Shown one piece after another: positions 23,555 through 35,579 of a DNA stretch of 64,000 nucleotides. The DNA is taken from the NCBI RefSeq assembly GCF_018350175.1, contig NC_058369.1:2420001-2484000 (forward strand). The letters run 5' to 3'. The notes beneath the pieces are model-generated. The model was given only the letters and a program-made list of their open reading frames with translations. It had not been told where the DNA came from and ran no database searches. The DNA comes from Felis catus. Its lineage: Eukaryota. Within the stretch, counting starts at the first letter, position 1. The number at the start of each line of letters is the position of its first letter. Both the position numbers and the translations under genes were made by a program.

Positions 23555-24930
23555 AATGAGTGGATGGATGGGTGAGTGTATGTATGTATACGTGTGTGGA
23601 GGGTGGGTGGACGGGTGGGTGGATGGACGGAAGAGTATGTGGGTGGTTGGATGGATGGTTGGTTCAGTGGTTGGGTGGATGGATAGATGGATGGATGGAT
23701 GGATGGATGGATGGATGGAAGAGTATGTGGGTGGTTGGATGGATGGATGGATGGTTGAATGGTTGGATGGATGGATGGATGGATGGACGGAAGAATATGT
23801 GGGTGGTTGAATGGATGGTTGGTTCAATGGCTGGCTGGCTGGATGGCTGGATGGATGGATGGATGGATGGAATTGTATGTGGGTGGTTGGATGGATGGAT
23901 GGTTCAATGGTTGGATGGATGGATAGATGGATGGATGGATGGATGGATGGACGGAAGAATATGTGGGTGGTTGGATGGATGGTTGGTTCAATGGCTGGCT
24001 GGATGGATAAATGGATGGATGGATAGATGGATGGATGGATGGATGGATGGAATTGTATGTGGGTGGTTGGATGGATGGATGGATGGTTCAATGGTTGGAT
24101 GGATGGATGCATGGACAGAAGAGTATGTGGGTGGTTGTATGGATGGTTGGTTCAATGGTTGGGTGGATGGATGGATGGATGAATGGAAGAGTATGTGGGT
24201 GGTTGGATGGATGGAAGGATGGTTCAATGGTTGGATGGATGGATGGATGGATGGATGGATGGATGGATGGAAGAATATGTGGGTGGTTGGATGGATGGAT
24301 GGTTCAATGGTTGGATGGATGGATAGATGGATGGATGGATGGACAGAAGAGTGTGTGGGTGGTTGGATGGATGAATGGATGGTTCAATGGTTGGATGGGT
24401 GGATGGATGGATGGATGGATGGACGGAAGAGTGTGTGGGTGGTTGGATGGATGGATAGATGGATGGATGGATGGATGGATGGACGGAAGAGTGTGTGGGT
24501 GGTTGGATGGATGAATGGATGGTTCAATGGTTGGATGGGTGGATAGATGGATGGATGGATGGATGGATGGATGGATGGACGGAAGAGTGTGTGGGTGGTT
24601 GGATGGATGAATGGATGGTTCAATGGTTGGATGGGTGGATAGATGGATGGATGGACGGAAGAGTATGTGGGTGGTTGGATGGATGGATGGATGGTTCAAT
24701 GGTTGGATGGATGGATGGATGGATGGACGGACTGAAGAATATGTGGGTGGTTGGATGGATGGACAGAAGAGTATGTGGGTGGTTGGATGGATGGATGGTT
24801 CAATGGTTGGATGTATGGATAGATGGATGGATGGATGGACAGAAGAATGTGTGGGTGGTTGGATGGATGAATGGATGGTTCAATGGTTGGATGGGTGGAT
24901 GGACGGACGGATGGATAGATGGGTGGATAG
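23555..24930. repeat. Compound (TGGA)n repeat with a higher-order unit (GNA15 intron 4)
   Basis: GGAT runs punctuated by 17 copies of a tgtgggtggttg anchor and a recurring ggttcaatgg. Confidence 0.97.
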
Positions 24931-25826
24931 ATTGTAAAAGTTTAGGAATGAAGGTAGAGGTTGGGGAAGTCACAGGAAAGGCTGGGCTGAGGTGCTGACT
25001 TTTAAGTGAGAACCCTTGAGTGTGTTCCTAGGTGAGGAGAGAGCTAATCAGTGGGGTAAAGGATCAGAGGGATCCGATTAGGAGATGGGAGGCTGGCAAG
25101 TAACCTACCCCACATATCTCTCAGTCCGCTAAGCCCCACTTGTAGCCACTGCACCCCTATCCCGCTCTGGGGTTGGAGGGGGTCTGAAGAGGCACAAGAG
25201 GGGTTGGTTGGTCTGTCGGATCAGGAGCCACAGGCGCTAGCCTTGGCTTCCCGTCCATGCAAAGGAGCAAGTCCCTTCTTGCTCTGTGGCTTCTGGCATT
25301 TCCTGTTGGCTGCCTGTGTAACAGTCCCATCCCCGGGGAAATGATGCAGGGCTTGTTATCAGTGACCCACATTTCTTAGAGAGAGAACAGGAAGGCGGGA
25401 GGGCTCAGGCTTTGTTGTGGTGTGTGTGTGTGTGGGGGGGGGTGGAGGCTGGGCTTTCGCCCTGGGCCACACACCGAGGGGATGGCGTTGTCCAGCCAGA
25501 ACCGTGTGGCTGCATTTCACAGATGGGGAAACTGAGTTCTGGAGTTCTTCTGCGCTTTGCCCCCCCTACCCACCCCCACCCCCCCCCCAGCCAGCCAGAA
25601 CCAGGGCAGACTCCGGATGTGTCTGACCCTCTGTCCTCTAACACGGGGGCAGAAATCAGGCAGCCCAGGGCAGAAGCCCGGCAAAATGTCCCCCTCCCGT
25701 GCCTCAGTTTCCTCGTGTGTAAATGGGCAAAATAGTAACACCCACCTTGCGGGGCGGCTGAAAGGCAATTAACACACAAGGGGCCCTGATTGGGTCCGAG
25801 TTCTGACCCGGGCTGGCTCCTGGCAG

Positions 25827-25956
25827 GATCGTGGACGTCGGGGGCCAGAGGTCGGAACGGAAGAAGTGGATCCACTGCTTTGAGAACGTGATCGCCCTCA
25901 TCTACCTGGCCTCGCTCAGCGAGTATGACCAGTGTCTGGAGGAGAACAACCAAGAG
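25827..25956 (+). CDS. GNA15: GNA15 coding exon 5
   Basis: [43 protein letters not shown] (DVGGQ, switch II); 130 nt. Confidence 0.97.
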
Positions 25957-26467
25957 GTGAGGTCCACCGCGGGTGCGGGGGCACCGCCTCCTGCTGGCCT
26001 CCAGGCGTGCAGCCGAGTGGGACAGCCCATGGCCGCGCTTGATGGGGTCTGGGTGTGTCTGGCGTGGCTCTGAACCCCGCCCCTCACTCTTCCATGGTCA
26101 GAGCGCTGCGCCCCGAGACACAGATACACACACACACACACAAAGGGACGCCGGAGCCCCTGGACGCAGCCCCCTCCCCCCCCCCCCAGGAAGCGCAAGG
26201 CAGCTGGCCTGGGAAAATGGGTCATTGCCTCAGGGGCAGCGTCCTGCTTTTATTCCGCAAGGCTGGACAACACTCTTTTGTGAGCTCTTCTCGTAATTAA
26301 GACCCGGCCCATTTCCGACATTGGGGCTTTTAGGGGTTACGGTTCCACACGGACAGTTTGGGGATCCAGGGGTCAGATGCTGTCGTCCTGACTTTCAGAC
26401 CGAATCAAACAGAATGAATTTGAGGTCGTTCTGCCACAGAGCTTGCTCCAAGGCAGCCACACGAGGT

Positions 26468-26880
26468 GTCCTAGTTTGCTGGGCTGTCCTAACAAAGTAC
26501 CACAGCCCGGGGGGCCGGAGCCAAGGAGACTTTTCTCCCAGCGCCCGAGGCCACACACCCCGGATCCACACGTTGGCCAGGCTCGGTCCTCCTGAGCCTG
26601 CGGGGGAGACCGTCCCAGGTGCTCTCCGCTTCTGGGGGTCACTGGCCATCCTTGGTGTCCCTTGTTCTGTGCACCCATTGCCCATCTCCGCCTCCTGTGG
26701 TCCCATGGACTTTTCCCCACATATCTGGGTCCAGACGTCCCCTCTTTAAAAGGACACCTGCCACCAGACGCGACAATCTAGAAGGACCTCTTCTTAACTA
26801 ATTACATCTTCAAAGACCCTATTTCCAAATATGGTCCCATTCTGCGGTTCCAGAGGGGCGTCAACTTGGGGACACTAGTC
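26468..26880. mobile_element. MLT1-type (MaLR) LTR remnant
   Basis: Diagnostic taacaaagtaccaca...aattacatcttcaaagaccctatttccaaat; family assigned from recall. Confidence 0.7.
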
Positions 26881-27058
26881 GGAGCAGTACGGGCCACACA
26901 AAAGCGTGGGCCACCCCCTCCGACCCAGCCAGGAATCGGGGAGCCCTGAGCTCCCGGACGGTAGGCTGGCAGCCCCCTCTCCACGTGGGGGAGGGCTCGT
27001 GTCTGGACCAAGGCGGCCGTCGTGTTGGAGCCGTGATCTGCCTGTTCCCCCCGAACAG

Positions 27059-27212
27059 AACCGGATGAAGGAGAGCCTGGCCCTGTTCGGCACTATCCTG
27101 GAACTGCCCTGGTTCAAAAGCACGTCCGTCATTCTCTTCCTCAACAAAACTGACATCCTAGAGGAGAAGATCTCCACCTCCCACTTGGCTACCTACTTCC
27201 CCAGTTTCCAGG
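27059..27212 (+). CDS. GNA15: GNA15 coding exon 6
   Basis: [51 protein letters not shown] (NKxD); 154 nt. Confidence 0.97.
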
Positions 27213-27600
27213 GTGAGTGGTTCTAGAACTCTCTAAGCCCTTCAGCTCCAACGAGCAGCTCCCAGGAGAGATGCTGGTCCAGACCCTGCCCCAGCTGGAG
27301 TCAGTGGAGGTTCAAACGGGATCAGACAGACCTGAGTTCCAGACCCAAGCTGTGAGCCTCAGTTTCCCCCTCTGTGGGGGTGGGGGGAGGATGGCAGCCA
27401 TCATTCCCGAAGCGCCTGCTTCAAGCAGGGGTTCTAAAGAGGCAGGTGTTACAGATTCTTTGCACATGGTCTGCTGTCAAGTTCATTGTCATGAGCCACA
27501 CCTGGAAGGAAGGTGTCAACCTTTTCCAGACTCTGCCTAGGTTTTCGAGACTTCTTTTGAGTCTTTCATAGTCACTGCATCTATGTCTAATCAGCAGAAT

Positions 27601-27797
27601 ATTTTAATTGTTACTTTTAAGAGAGAGAGAGAGAGAGAGAGAGTAGAGAAAGGCAGAGAGAGAGGGAGACAGAGGATCCGTAGAGGGCTCCACATTGAAA
27701 GTGGGGGGCCCGAGGTGGGGCTCGAACTTACGAGCTGCAAAATCATGACCTGAGTTGAAGTCGGACGCCCAACCGACTGAGCCACACAGGCACCCCC
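27601..27797 (-). mobile_element. Can-SINE
   Basis: (GA)n run plus reverse-strand head. Confidence 0.88.
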
Positions 27798-28384
27798 TCG
27801 GTTAGCAGAACACCGAGGAAATAGGTGCCTGTCCTTTGAACAAGTCCTTCCAGGACACAACGTTTTCACAGATAGAGCAGCCCTCTTTCCTGCGGTGCTT
27901 GTAGCTAACAGGTTTGTGCAGCGTCCCGGCAATTGCGCGTGAATCGGGACAGGATGACCTCACTGAGCGGGTTTGGGGGCGAGCCGTCAGCGCAGACGGA
28001 GGGGTGAGGGCCTGGCTGCCTAGAGAGGATTACGGGGGAGTCGGGCACAGGTCAGTGTATCCCGCAGAGGGGAGGTGGGGTTTCGGAGGGTCCCGGGAAG
28101 GGGTGTATTGGCTAGCACTTTCCGCCCAGGGCCACTGCGAGGACGCAGCGTGGCTGTCTCAGGGTAGCCAGACGTCAGCCCGGGGGGGTGGGGTGGGGGG
28201 AAGCCTCTGCTCCCGACGTGGTGGCCTCAGAGGTCCCGGATGGTCACAGCCGCCTCATTCTATGGCTCAAGCCAATCAGTCAGGCCAGCTCCCACTCAAA
28301 AGGGGACAGACTCTCATCTTGGTGGCCGAATGGCACACACATAAGGGGGGGGGGAGCGATGGGAGCCGTCCTGGGGACAAGCTG

Positions 28385-28810
28385 GCTTCATCTCCTGGCA
28401 TCGCAAACTAGGAGGCTGAAAACAACAGACGTGGATCCCCATCAGTTAAGGCGCCCAGAAGTCTGAAATGAAGCCGGGGTGGGTTTTTTTCCAGAGGCTC
28501 TGAGGTCGGATCTGTTCCTGGTGTCTCTTAGTTTCTGGCGTTACCTGCAATCCTCGGTGTCCCTGGACATATGGATACATCCCTCCAATCTGCCTCTGTT
28601 GTCACATGGCCTCTCTCTCTCTCTGTGTCGTTCCTCTTCTTATAAAGACGCCAGTCATTGGCTGTAGGGCCCCCCCCAATCCAGTGTGACCCCATTTCAA
28701 GCTAACCAATTACATCTGAAAAGACCTTATTTCCAAATGAGGTGACTCGGTCATATTCTGAGGTTCTGGGGGGACGTGGATTTGGGGGAACACTGTTCGC
28801 CCCAGTACAC
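28385..28810. mobile_element. MLT1-type LTR remnant
   Basis: cttcttataaagacgccagtcattgg...aattacatctgaaaagaccttatttccaaat. Confidence 0.7.
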
Positions 28811-30139
28811 AAGCAACGTGGCAGATGAAGGTCTTAAGCCCGGTGACGTCACCACGGGCGTGACGCTTGGCCTTGTCAGGTCTCGCAGCCCACGAGGCCA
28901 ATCTCAGCCAATCACACCCAGAAGACTTAGGGGCCCGAGAGACAGATGGCAACTTGTCCCAGCATGGCGGATGCCCCTTGTTCCCTTCCCGGCTGGGCGG
29001 CCTTGGGAATGGGAACGTGGTCCGGAGAGTCGGGGGAGGGGGATAAAGTGGATAGTTTTGAGGGACTGTTTTCCTTCATGTCAAAGGAAACGCTCATGAC
29101 TCACCTTTTTCTCCCAGCCAAAGGAGTACTCTGCCGACTTCCGGGTCTCAGTCCTTGCCTGTTCTGTACTGAATAACGTTTGTGATTATAACAGCGGCTA
29201 AGGTATCTAACACTGCCCGAGGCGCCCTCACGTATGGATTCATTTGATCCTCGTTAAAAAGTCCTGTGCAGTGGAGCTCTTCCTCCTCACCGCTCTAGAG
29301 GTGGGGAAACCGAGGCACAGAGAGGGGCAACCACTTGCCAAAAGTCACACGGCCCGCGAGTGGCAGAGGCAGGATTCGAACCCAGGCTGTCTGGATCCGG
29401 AGCCACCAGCCTTAACCACTGGGTCCCCTGCCTGTCTGGAAGGATCAGAAGAACATTCTGATTATGGAGCACAGAGCCCTCCCCATGATTGCATTGAATC
29501 CTCACAACTCTGGGAGGCTTGGGACTGTTAGGATCCCCATTTTACAAATGGGGAAACTGAGGCTCACAGCGCTAACATGGACTAACATATAAGGCAACCC
29601 AACGAGTAAGTAGGAGAACCAGGGCTTGGGTTCTAGAAGCCCTTGCCCACATTGTGCTTGGGAGAGAGAGAGAGAGAGAGAGAGACTGAGCATGGCAGGT
29701 GCCTCACCAGGGTGGCCACCCCTCCCCTTCTCTTGGCCTTGGTTTACCCCTCTGCACCTCTCAGGAATGTCTTTCTCTGCAGCTCTAGGCTCCCATCCCC
29801 TTAGCTGCAAGCCCAGCCAAGTGAGAGGGTTTCCTTCTTTAACACAGTTCTGCCTAAAGTCCCAGGGCCAAGTCTTATTGGTCCATTCCAGGTCATGTGA
29901 CTCACCTGAGTCCATCCTCGGTGATCCCATTGGCTGGACCTGATAGTCACGTGACCCTCTAGAAAAACCAAAGATGGCGCCGGCCTGCACCATGGCGCGT
30001 GGTTCCTGGGGCGCCTGCAGCCCCGTTGATGTGCATGCGTGGAGCAGGGTCTCCAGATCCCCTCCTTGACCCAGGAGACTCTCCCTCCTGCCCCACGAGC
30101 CCCGTGCCCTGACTGCCCATCCCCCCTCCCCTCCCCCAG

Positions 30140-30366
30140 GCCCGAAGCAGGACGTGGAGGCAGCCAAGAAGTTCATCCTGGACATGTACACTAGAATGTA
30201 CTCCAGCTGCGTGGACAGCGCCGACGGGGGCAGGAAGGGTCCGCGCTCTCGGCGACTCTTCAGCCACTACACGTGCGCCACGGACACGCAGAACATCCGC
30301 AAGGTCTTCAAGGACGTGCGGGACTCGGTCCTGGCCCGCTACCTGGACGAGATCAACCTGCTGTGA
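30140..30366 (+). CDS. GNA15: GNA15 coding exon 7 (to stop)
   Basis: PKQDVEAAKKFILDMY...HYTCATDTQNIRKVFKDVRDSVLARYLDEINLL*; exons sum to 1125 nt = 374 aa + stop. Confidence 0.97.
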
Positions 30367-31022
30367 GCCAGGCCCCGCTGCCCCCGGGCTCAGACCCGCG
30401 CGTGGCAGGCGGGACCTGCGGGCGGACCGGTGCTCAGGGAGCCCAGATGTCGCTTGTCGCTCGGCCCCAGGTCCAGGTGGCCGAAGGGCTGTGAGTGAGT
30501 CAGAGGTTGACGGCGGCGGGTCGTCGTCCCCCTCCTGTCTCTGCCCCTCACTAGGACAGCCCCTGGGTTTGCCCCCCCGCTTGACTCAGTTTACCTCCTC
30601 GGAAAGGGAGGGCAAGGGCCACTTGGGATGCCAGGGTCGGGGGGAAAGTGGGGCGAGCAGAGGATGTAGGATCTCTCCTGGGCAGAGGCCGGGACCTCCG
30701 CGGAGGTGCTGCCCCAGCCCCGTGACGGGGGAGTGGGCCTTCCATCGAGGGACCGGACTCTGGCGCCCCCTAGCGGACAGGAAGCGGCACCGACCCGCTG
30801 AGGCCTGGGTAGCGCGGGGACTTCCTGTTCCCGGCTGGAAAAGCGCCCCGGAAAACGCTGTCCCTTTCACGATCTGAGGCTCACAGGGTGTCCTGCCCTG
30901 TTTACAGACGAGGGAACCTGAGGCCCACACGCATCCCCCCGCTTCCCAGGCTGGGGGCCGGGCGCACCGCAACCTCCCTTCTGTATTTATTCCCTCCCCT
31001 TCTGTGGCGCCCCTCGCAGGAC

Positions 31023-31028
31023 ATTAAA
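31023..31028 (+). terminator. Polyadenylation signal ATTAAA (putative GNA15)
   Basis: Common variant signal ~660 nt after the stop, preceded by a tgtatttatt element at ~30982. Confidence 0.6.
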
Positions 31029-31574
31029 GAAACGACATTCTGGACACCTGTGGTTTCTTAGGGTCGTCCTGTTTATCACTGCGCAGCCCCTTCTCGGGGC
31101 GCCTGTCCCAGGCGGGGTGGCACCACGGAGCAGGAGGGAAGCGATCGTGTGGACGTGTGGGACGTGTAAGCCCACCCTGTGTTGTCACCCCAAAATTCCA
31201 GGGGCCCCCACCCACCTCGGATGAAGGTGAAGGTTCAGACGTCGAGGGCTCCACTTACCCGGGACCGCAGTCTCCCGCCACCCTCAGGGCCCGGCGGGTC
31301 ACAAGCCCGCCCACCTCTGCTTTGCGATGAGGAAACCGAGGCACAGAGACACGGAATCATCTGACGAAGGCTCCAGCCTGCGAGATGGCAGGGCCGAGAA
31401 AGTGATTCATCCAACACTTTTTTTCTTTTCCTTTTAAACATATAAACTTCATGTTTCGGGATAGTCCCATTGACAGAAAAATTGTGAAGAGAGTACAGAG
31501 TTGCCTTACGAAACCACACTCCGTGTCCCCTACTGTTCACATCTTATGTTAAGATGGTACTTTAAAATTTTTCT

Positions 31575-31981
31575 AATTTTTTTTTAATTTTTTTTTCAAC
31601 ATTTATTTATTTTTGAGACAGAGAGAGACAGAGCATGAACGGGGGAGGGGCAGAGAGAGAGGGAGACACAGAATCGGAAACAGGCTCCAGGCTCCGAGCC
31701 ATCAGCCCAGAGCCCGACGCGGGGCTCGAACTCACGGACTGCGAGATCATGACCTGGCTGAAGTCGGACGCTTAACCGACTGCGCCACCCAGGCGCCCCA
31801 AAATTTTTCTAATTTTTAATGTTATTTTAGACAGGGCGGAGGGGAGAGGGGCAGAGGGAGAGAGAATCTTACGCAGGCTCCTCACTGTCGTTGGAGCCTG
31901 ATGCGGGGCTCAATCTCACGACCGTGAGATCCCGAGCTGAGCTGAAATCAAGAGTCGGGCGCTCAACCGACTGAGCCGCCC
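31575..31981 (-). mobile_element. Young SINEC_Fc (31575-31799) inserted at the tail of an older Can-SINE
   Basis: TSD aaaatttttctaattttt at 31564-31581 and 31800-31817. Confidence 0.9.
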
Positions 31982-32124
31982 ATGTTTGTTTGGTAATTTT
32001 AAAGAACTTCTTGGTTTTATTCAGAGATTCGTGAATCGGGGAGCATCGCATCTGGCAGACAGACAGAAGCCCCTGGCTTGATTTTGATGAGCTTGACAGT
32101 TTTCATGCACGCTGGGCGGGGATT

Positions 32125-32545
32125 GCCTTGGTTTCCCGGGACCACAAAATAAAGGGCCACACACTTTGTGACTTCATGGCAGATTTTTACTCTCAGTGCT
32201 AGAGGGCAGAAGTCAAGGGGCGGCAGGGCTCTCTCCCTCCAAAGACCCCAGGGCTGGATCCTTCCCTTCCCGCATCTTCCAGCTTCTGGGGGCTCCAGGC
32301 GCCCCTTGGCCTTGGCTCAGTCCCTCCTGTATCTCCGCCTCTCTTCATGTGGCCCCTTCTCCCATGTGTGTGTCCACGTTTCCCCCCTCAGAGGGGACAG
32401 CGGTCGTACTGAATGGGGGCCCACCCTAATGACCTCCCCTCAACTTGATTACACCTGCAAAGACCCTATTTCCGATGAGGAAGTGTGGTCACGTGAGGTC
32501 ACAATGAGGTCACGTGCCCAGCTATCGGGGGGCGAGGACTCCAGA
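32125..32545. mobile_element. MLT1-type LTR remnant
   Basis: gggcccaccctaatgacctc...ttacacctgcaaagaccctatttcc. Confidence 0.65.
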
Positions 32546-32749
32546 TCTCCCTGCAGGTATTTCGGGGATCGTCCCTCGGTGGAGGTTTGCCTGGCGCTTT
32601 CCTCGACATTAGGCTGAGCTGGCGGGTTTCAGGGGGCAGGACCACAGAGGCAAAGGGCCACTCGCCCCTCATCGTAGCAGGAAGACCGGTGTGACACCGC
32701 TGTGGGCGTCGGGCCCCTGGCTGAGGGGTCGCCCAACCCTTTGAAAACC

Positions 32750-32869
32750 TTTTTTTTTTTTTTTTTTTCTGTCAGCACAGAGCCCGACGCGGCACTCGAA
32801 CCCACGAACCATGAAATCATGACCTGAGCCGAAGTCAGATACTTAACCGACTGAGCCATCAGGTGCCCC
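32750..32869 (-). mobile_element. Partial Can-SINE
   Basis: T-run directly joined to the tRNA-derived head. Confidence 0.85.
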
Positions 32870-34141
32870 TTAAAAGTTGTTTTCCTAACAACTGTGTTGG
32901 TAGAAAGACCAGGGAAATCCAGAGGGGGCTCACCGTTACCTATCCGTGATGGTTGTATTTGTTTCCTTCTTCTAATTTCAAAAAGGAAGGAAAGAGATTC
33001 GCACAGGCCCCTGAAAGTGTCAGGGGCAGAAAGCGTAAGCTGAGCCTGAGCCCAGGACCGAAAACCCCCATCCCTATGCAGTCAGTTGGCATTGACCCTT
33101 CCTGGCCGGCCCATTTCCGGCCCTCCCTCCTCCCGGCCCCACCACACCTGCCTCGTGGTGACTCTGATTATCCTTGACCTCGCTCCATTTCATCATCACG
33201 CACTTGAGGGCCCCCTTCTGAGACAGAAGGCCTCCCTCCTCCAAAGTCTAGCTAGCCCGTGGACTGTGTTCCAAATTGGCCAGCCTTCCGTGGACGCCCC
33301 TTTCCTGGTCCAGGATCCCTGATCGTGCTGGGTTGGCTCTGTGCCCTCATTCCGGGGTGGCTCGTCTTTGTCCCTCACGGCCCCTGGGAAGGGTTCTGTT
33401 CGGTTCCCAAAACTCGGGTTTGTCTGGTATTTGCTCTGGATTTGACTGACCCCGTGCATTTTTGGCCAGACTCCCTCGGGAGTGATGCTGGGACCCGCTC
33501 AGCGTGTCGCCGGACTGGGCCCACGGGGGCGTCACGTCTGCTCGCGGACGGTCAGATCCCGCAGGCGTTTTCTCACAAAGCCCACACGTGGTGTTTGGCC
33601 ACTTCGGGGACAAACTCTTCTCATCTGTAAGCATCCAACGACCTTTTTCTCGCTGCCGCTGATCTGTCGAAGAAACCAGGTCATTTGTCCCGTATCCCAG
33701 CCTCCCGACTGGGCGAGTGGCCTCCCAGGCGTCGACTAACGTACTCCGTCCCCATTCCCCGGGACGCCTCAAGCTGATCTGTCTGGAAACGTGAGTGGAC
33801 TTTCAGGACGCCGCTGTAAGCCCACCCGAGGACACGGAACGCTTGCTTGATTCTCGTCGTGCCAGTCCCCGTGTCCACGTCCCTCTCCAGGAGACACGTA
33901 GCCGGACGTCAAGTTCACTCTCTCTCTTTTGTGTTAACGCTGATCCCTGGACGGAGGGGGCATCCGTCCGATTCGTCCATCACGAATTTCCCCCATGAGC
34001 CTTTCTCCTAATGGCCGTAGCGGCCACTGGAGAACATTCCTTAGACACAGCGTTGGCCACGGCTAGAGCGGGGGGATAGCCTAATGCTTTCATTTGCTCT
34101 GCATTTATTGCCTGGAATTACTCTATTTAAAAACCACTCAG

Positions 34142-34354
34142 GGGGCGCCTGGGTGGCGCAGTCGGTTAAGCGTCCGACTTCAGCCAGGTCACGATCTCGC
34201 GGTCCGTGAGTTCGAGCCCCGCGTCGGGCTCTGGGCTGATGGCTCAGAGCCTGGAGCCTGTTTCCGATTCTGTGTCTCCCCTCTCTCTCTGCCCCTCCCC
34301 CGTTCATGCTCTGTCTCTCTCTGTCCCAAAAATAAATAAACGTTGAAAAAAAAA
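34142..34354 (+). mobile_element. Young SINEC_Fc-type Can-SINE
   Basis: 17-bp TSD atttaaaaaccactcag at 34125-34141 and 34355-34371. Confidence 0.93.
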
Positions 34355-34371
34355 ATTTAAAAACCACTCAG

Positions 34372-35070
34372 AAGAACTGAAAGGGTCTTGAGGCGATATT
34401 CGCACACCCGTGTTCCCAGCAGCGTCATTCACAGCAGCCGGGACGCGGAAGCAGCCCACGAGTCCAGTGATGGATGAACGAGAAACTCGATGCGGTCCAT
34501 GCACACGCTGCAGTATCGTCCAGCCTTAAAAAGTTAAGACGTCCCGGGGCATCTGGGTGGCTCAGGCGGTTGAGCGTCTGACTCTTGATTTCAGCTCAGG
34601 TCGCGATCTCGTGGTTCGTGGGCTCGACCTTGGGATTCTCTCCTCCCCTCTCTATCCCTCTCCTGCTCACTGTCTCTCTCTCAATAAATACATAAGCTTT
34701 TTTTAAAGAGTTAGGATATCTTGCCACCTGCCACCACGTGGACGGATCCGGAGGCCACTGTGCGCGGTGACAGAAGCCGGACACAGAAGGACGCGTCCCG
34801 CGTGACCCCACGCACAGGGGGTCCCCAGAGGAGTCCCGTCCACGGAGACAGAGAGCGGATGGTGGGAGCCAGGGGTGGGGCAGGGGGCGGGGAGTCCGTG
34901 CTTCCTGGGGACAGGGTCTCGGGTCTGGGGAGATGGAAAGTTCTGGAGGCGGATGGCAGGGCGGCCGCACGACCGTGTGAACGCGCCTGACGCCGTCGAG
35001 CTGTGCGCTTAGAGACAGTGAAGATGATACGTTTTATGCTATGATTCGTATCACAATTAGTATCACAATT
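34372..35070 (+). mobile_element. Old L1MB-like 3' end interrupted by a partial Can-SINE (34546-34700)
   Basis: Ordered L1 3' landmarks acacccgtgttc...attcacagcagcc...gaaagttctggag. Confidence 0.75.
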
Positions 35071-35579
35071 AACCCCACCGTCCACGAAATCCCCGTTATC
35101 CACGAAAGCGAACCACAGTCTGCTCTCCTCTGTGTCTCGGACCCCTGGATGTTACTGCTCGATGCGCTTCCGTCCCTCACGCCACCGCCACCCCCACCGT
35201 GGCTCCGGCCAGGAGAGGCCTCTGCGGGTTGGCTCCTGGGTCCTCGGACACGTCCCCACGCGCCCCGAAGAGTTCTCAGCCGGGCACAGACAGCCGCCGT
35301 TAGCTCCTCCCGCGCCCGCCCAGCCCCAGCCCTGCGCCCGGCCATTTCTCCAAGGAGCCCTGCTGCTACTTTTTCATGGGAAGCGATATTCCGGGACCAC
35401 AACCTGACCACAAAGTGAGGCAACAAGTTGCGAAACGAGGACAGTGAACTCCCCGTGAACCCTTTATCTATAGGTCAGGGACTCAGCAACGACCTGTGCT
35501 GAACCTGTTTTGGCAAATGGCCAAGCCATTTACATACTGTCCCTGCCCACTTCTGCTACAACAGCAGCGTTGGGTAATT

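Noticed and set aside
23492..24998. WMDG/HPSI repeat ORFs
   Set aside because: Translation artefacts of the (TGGA)n repeat.
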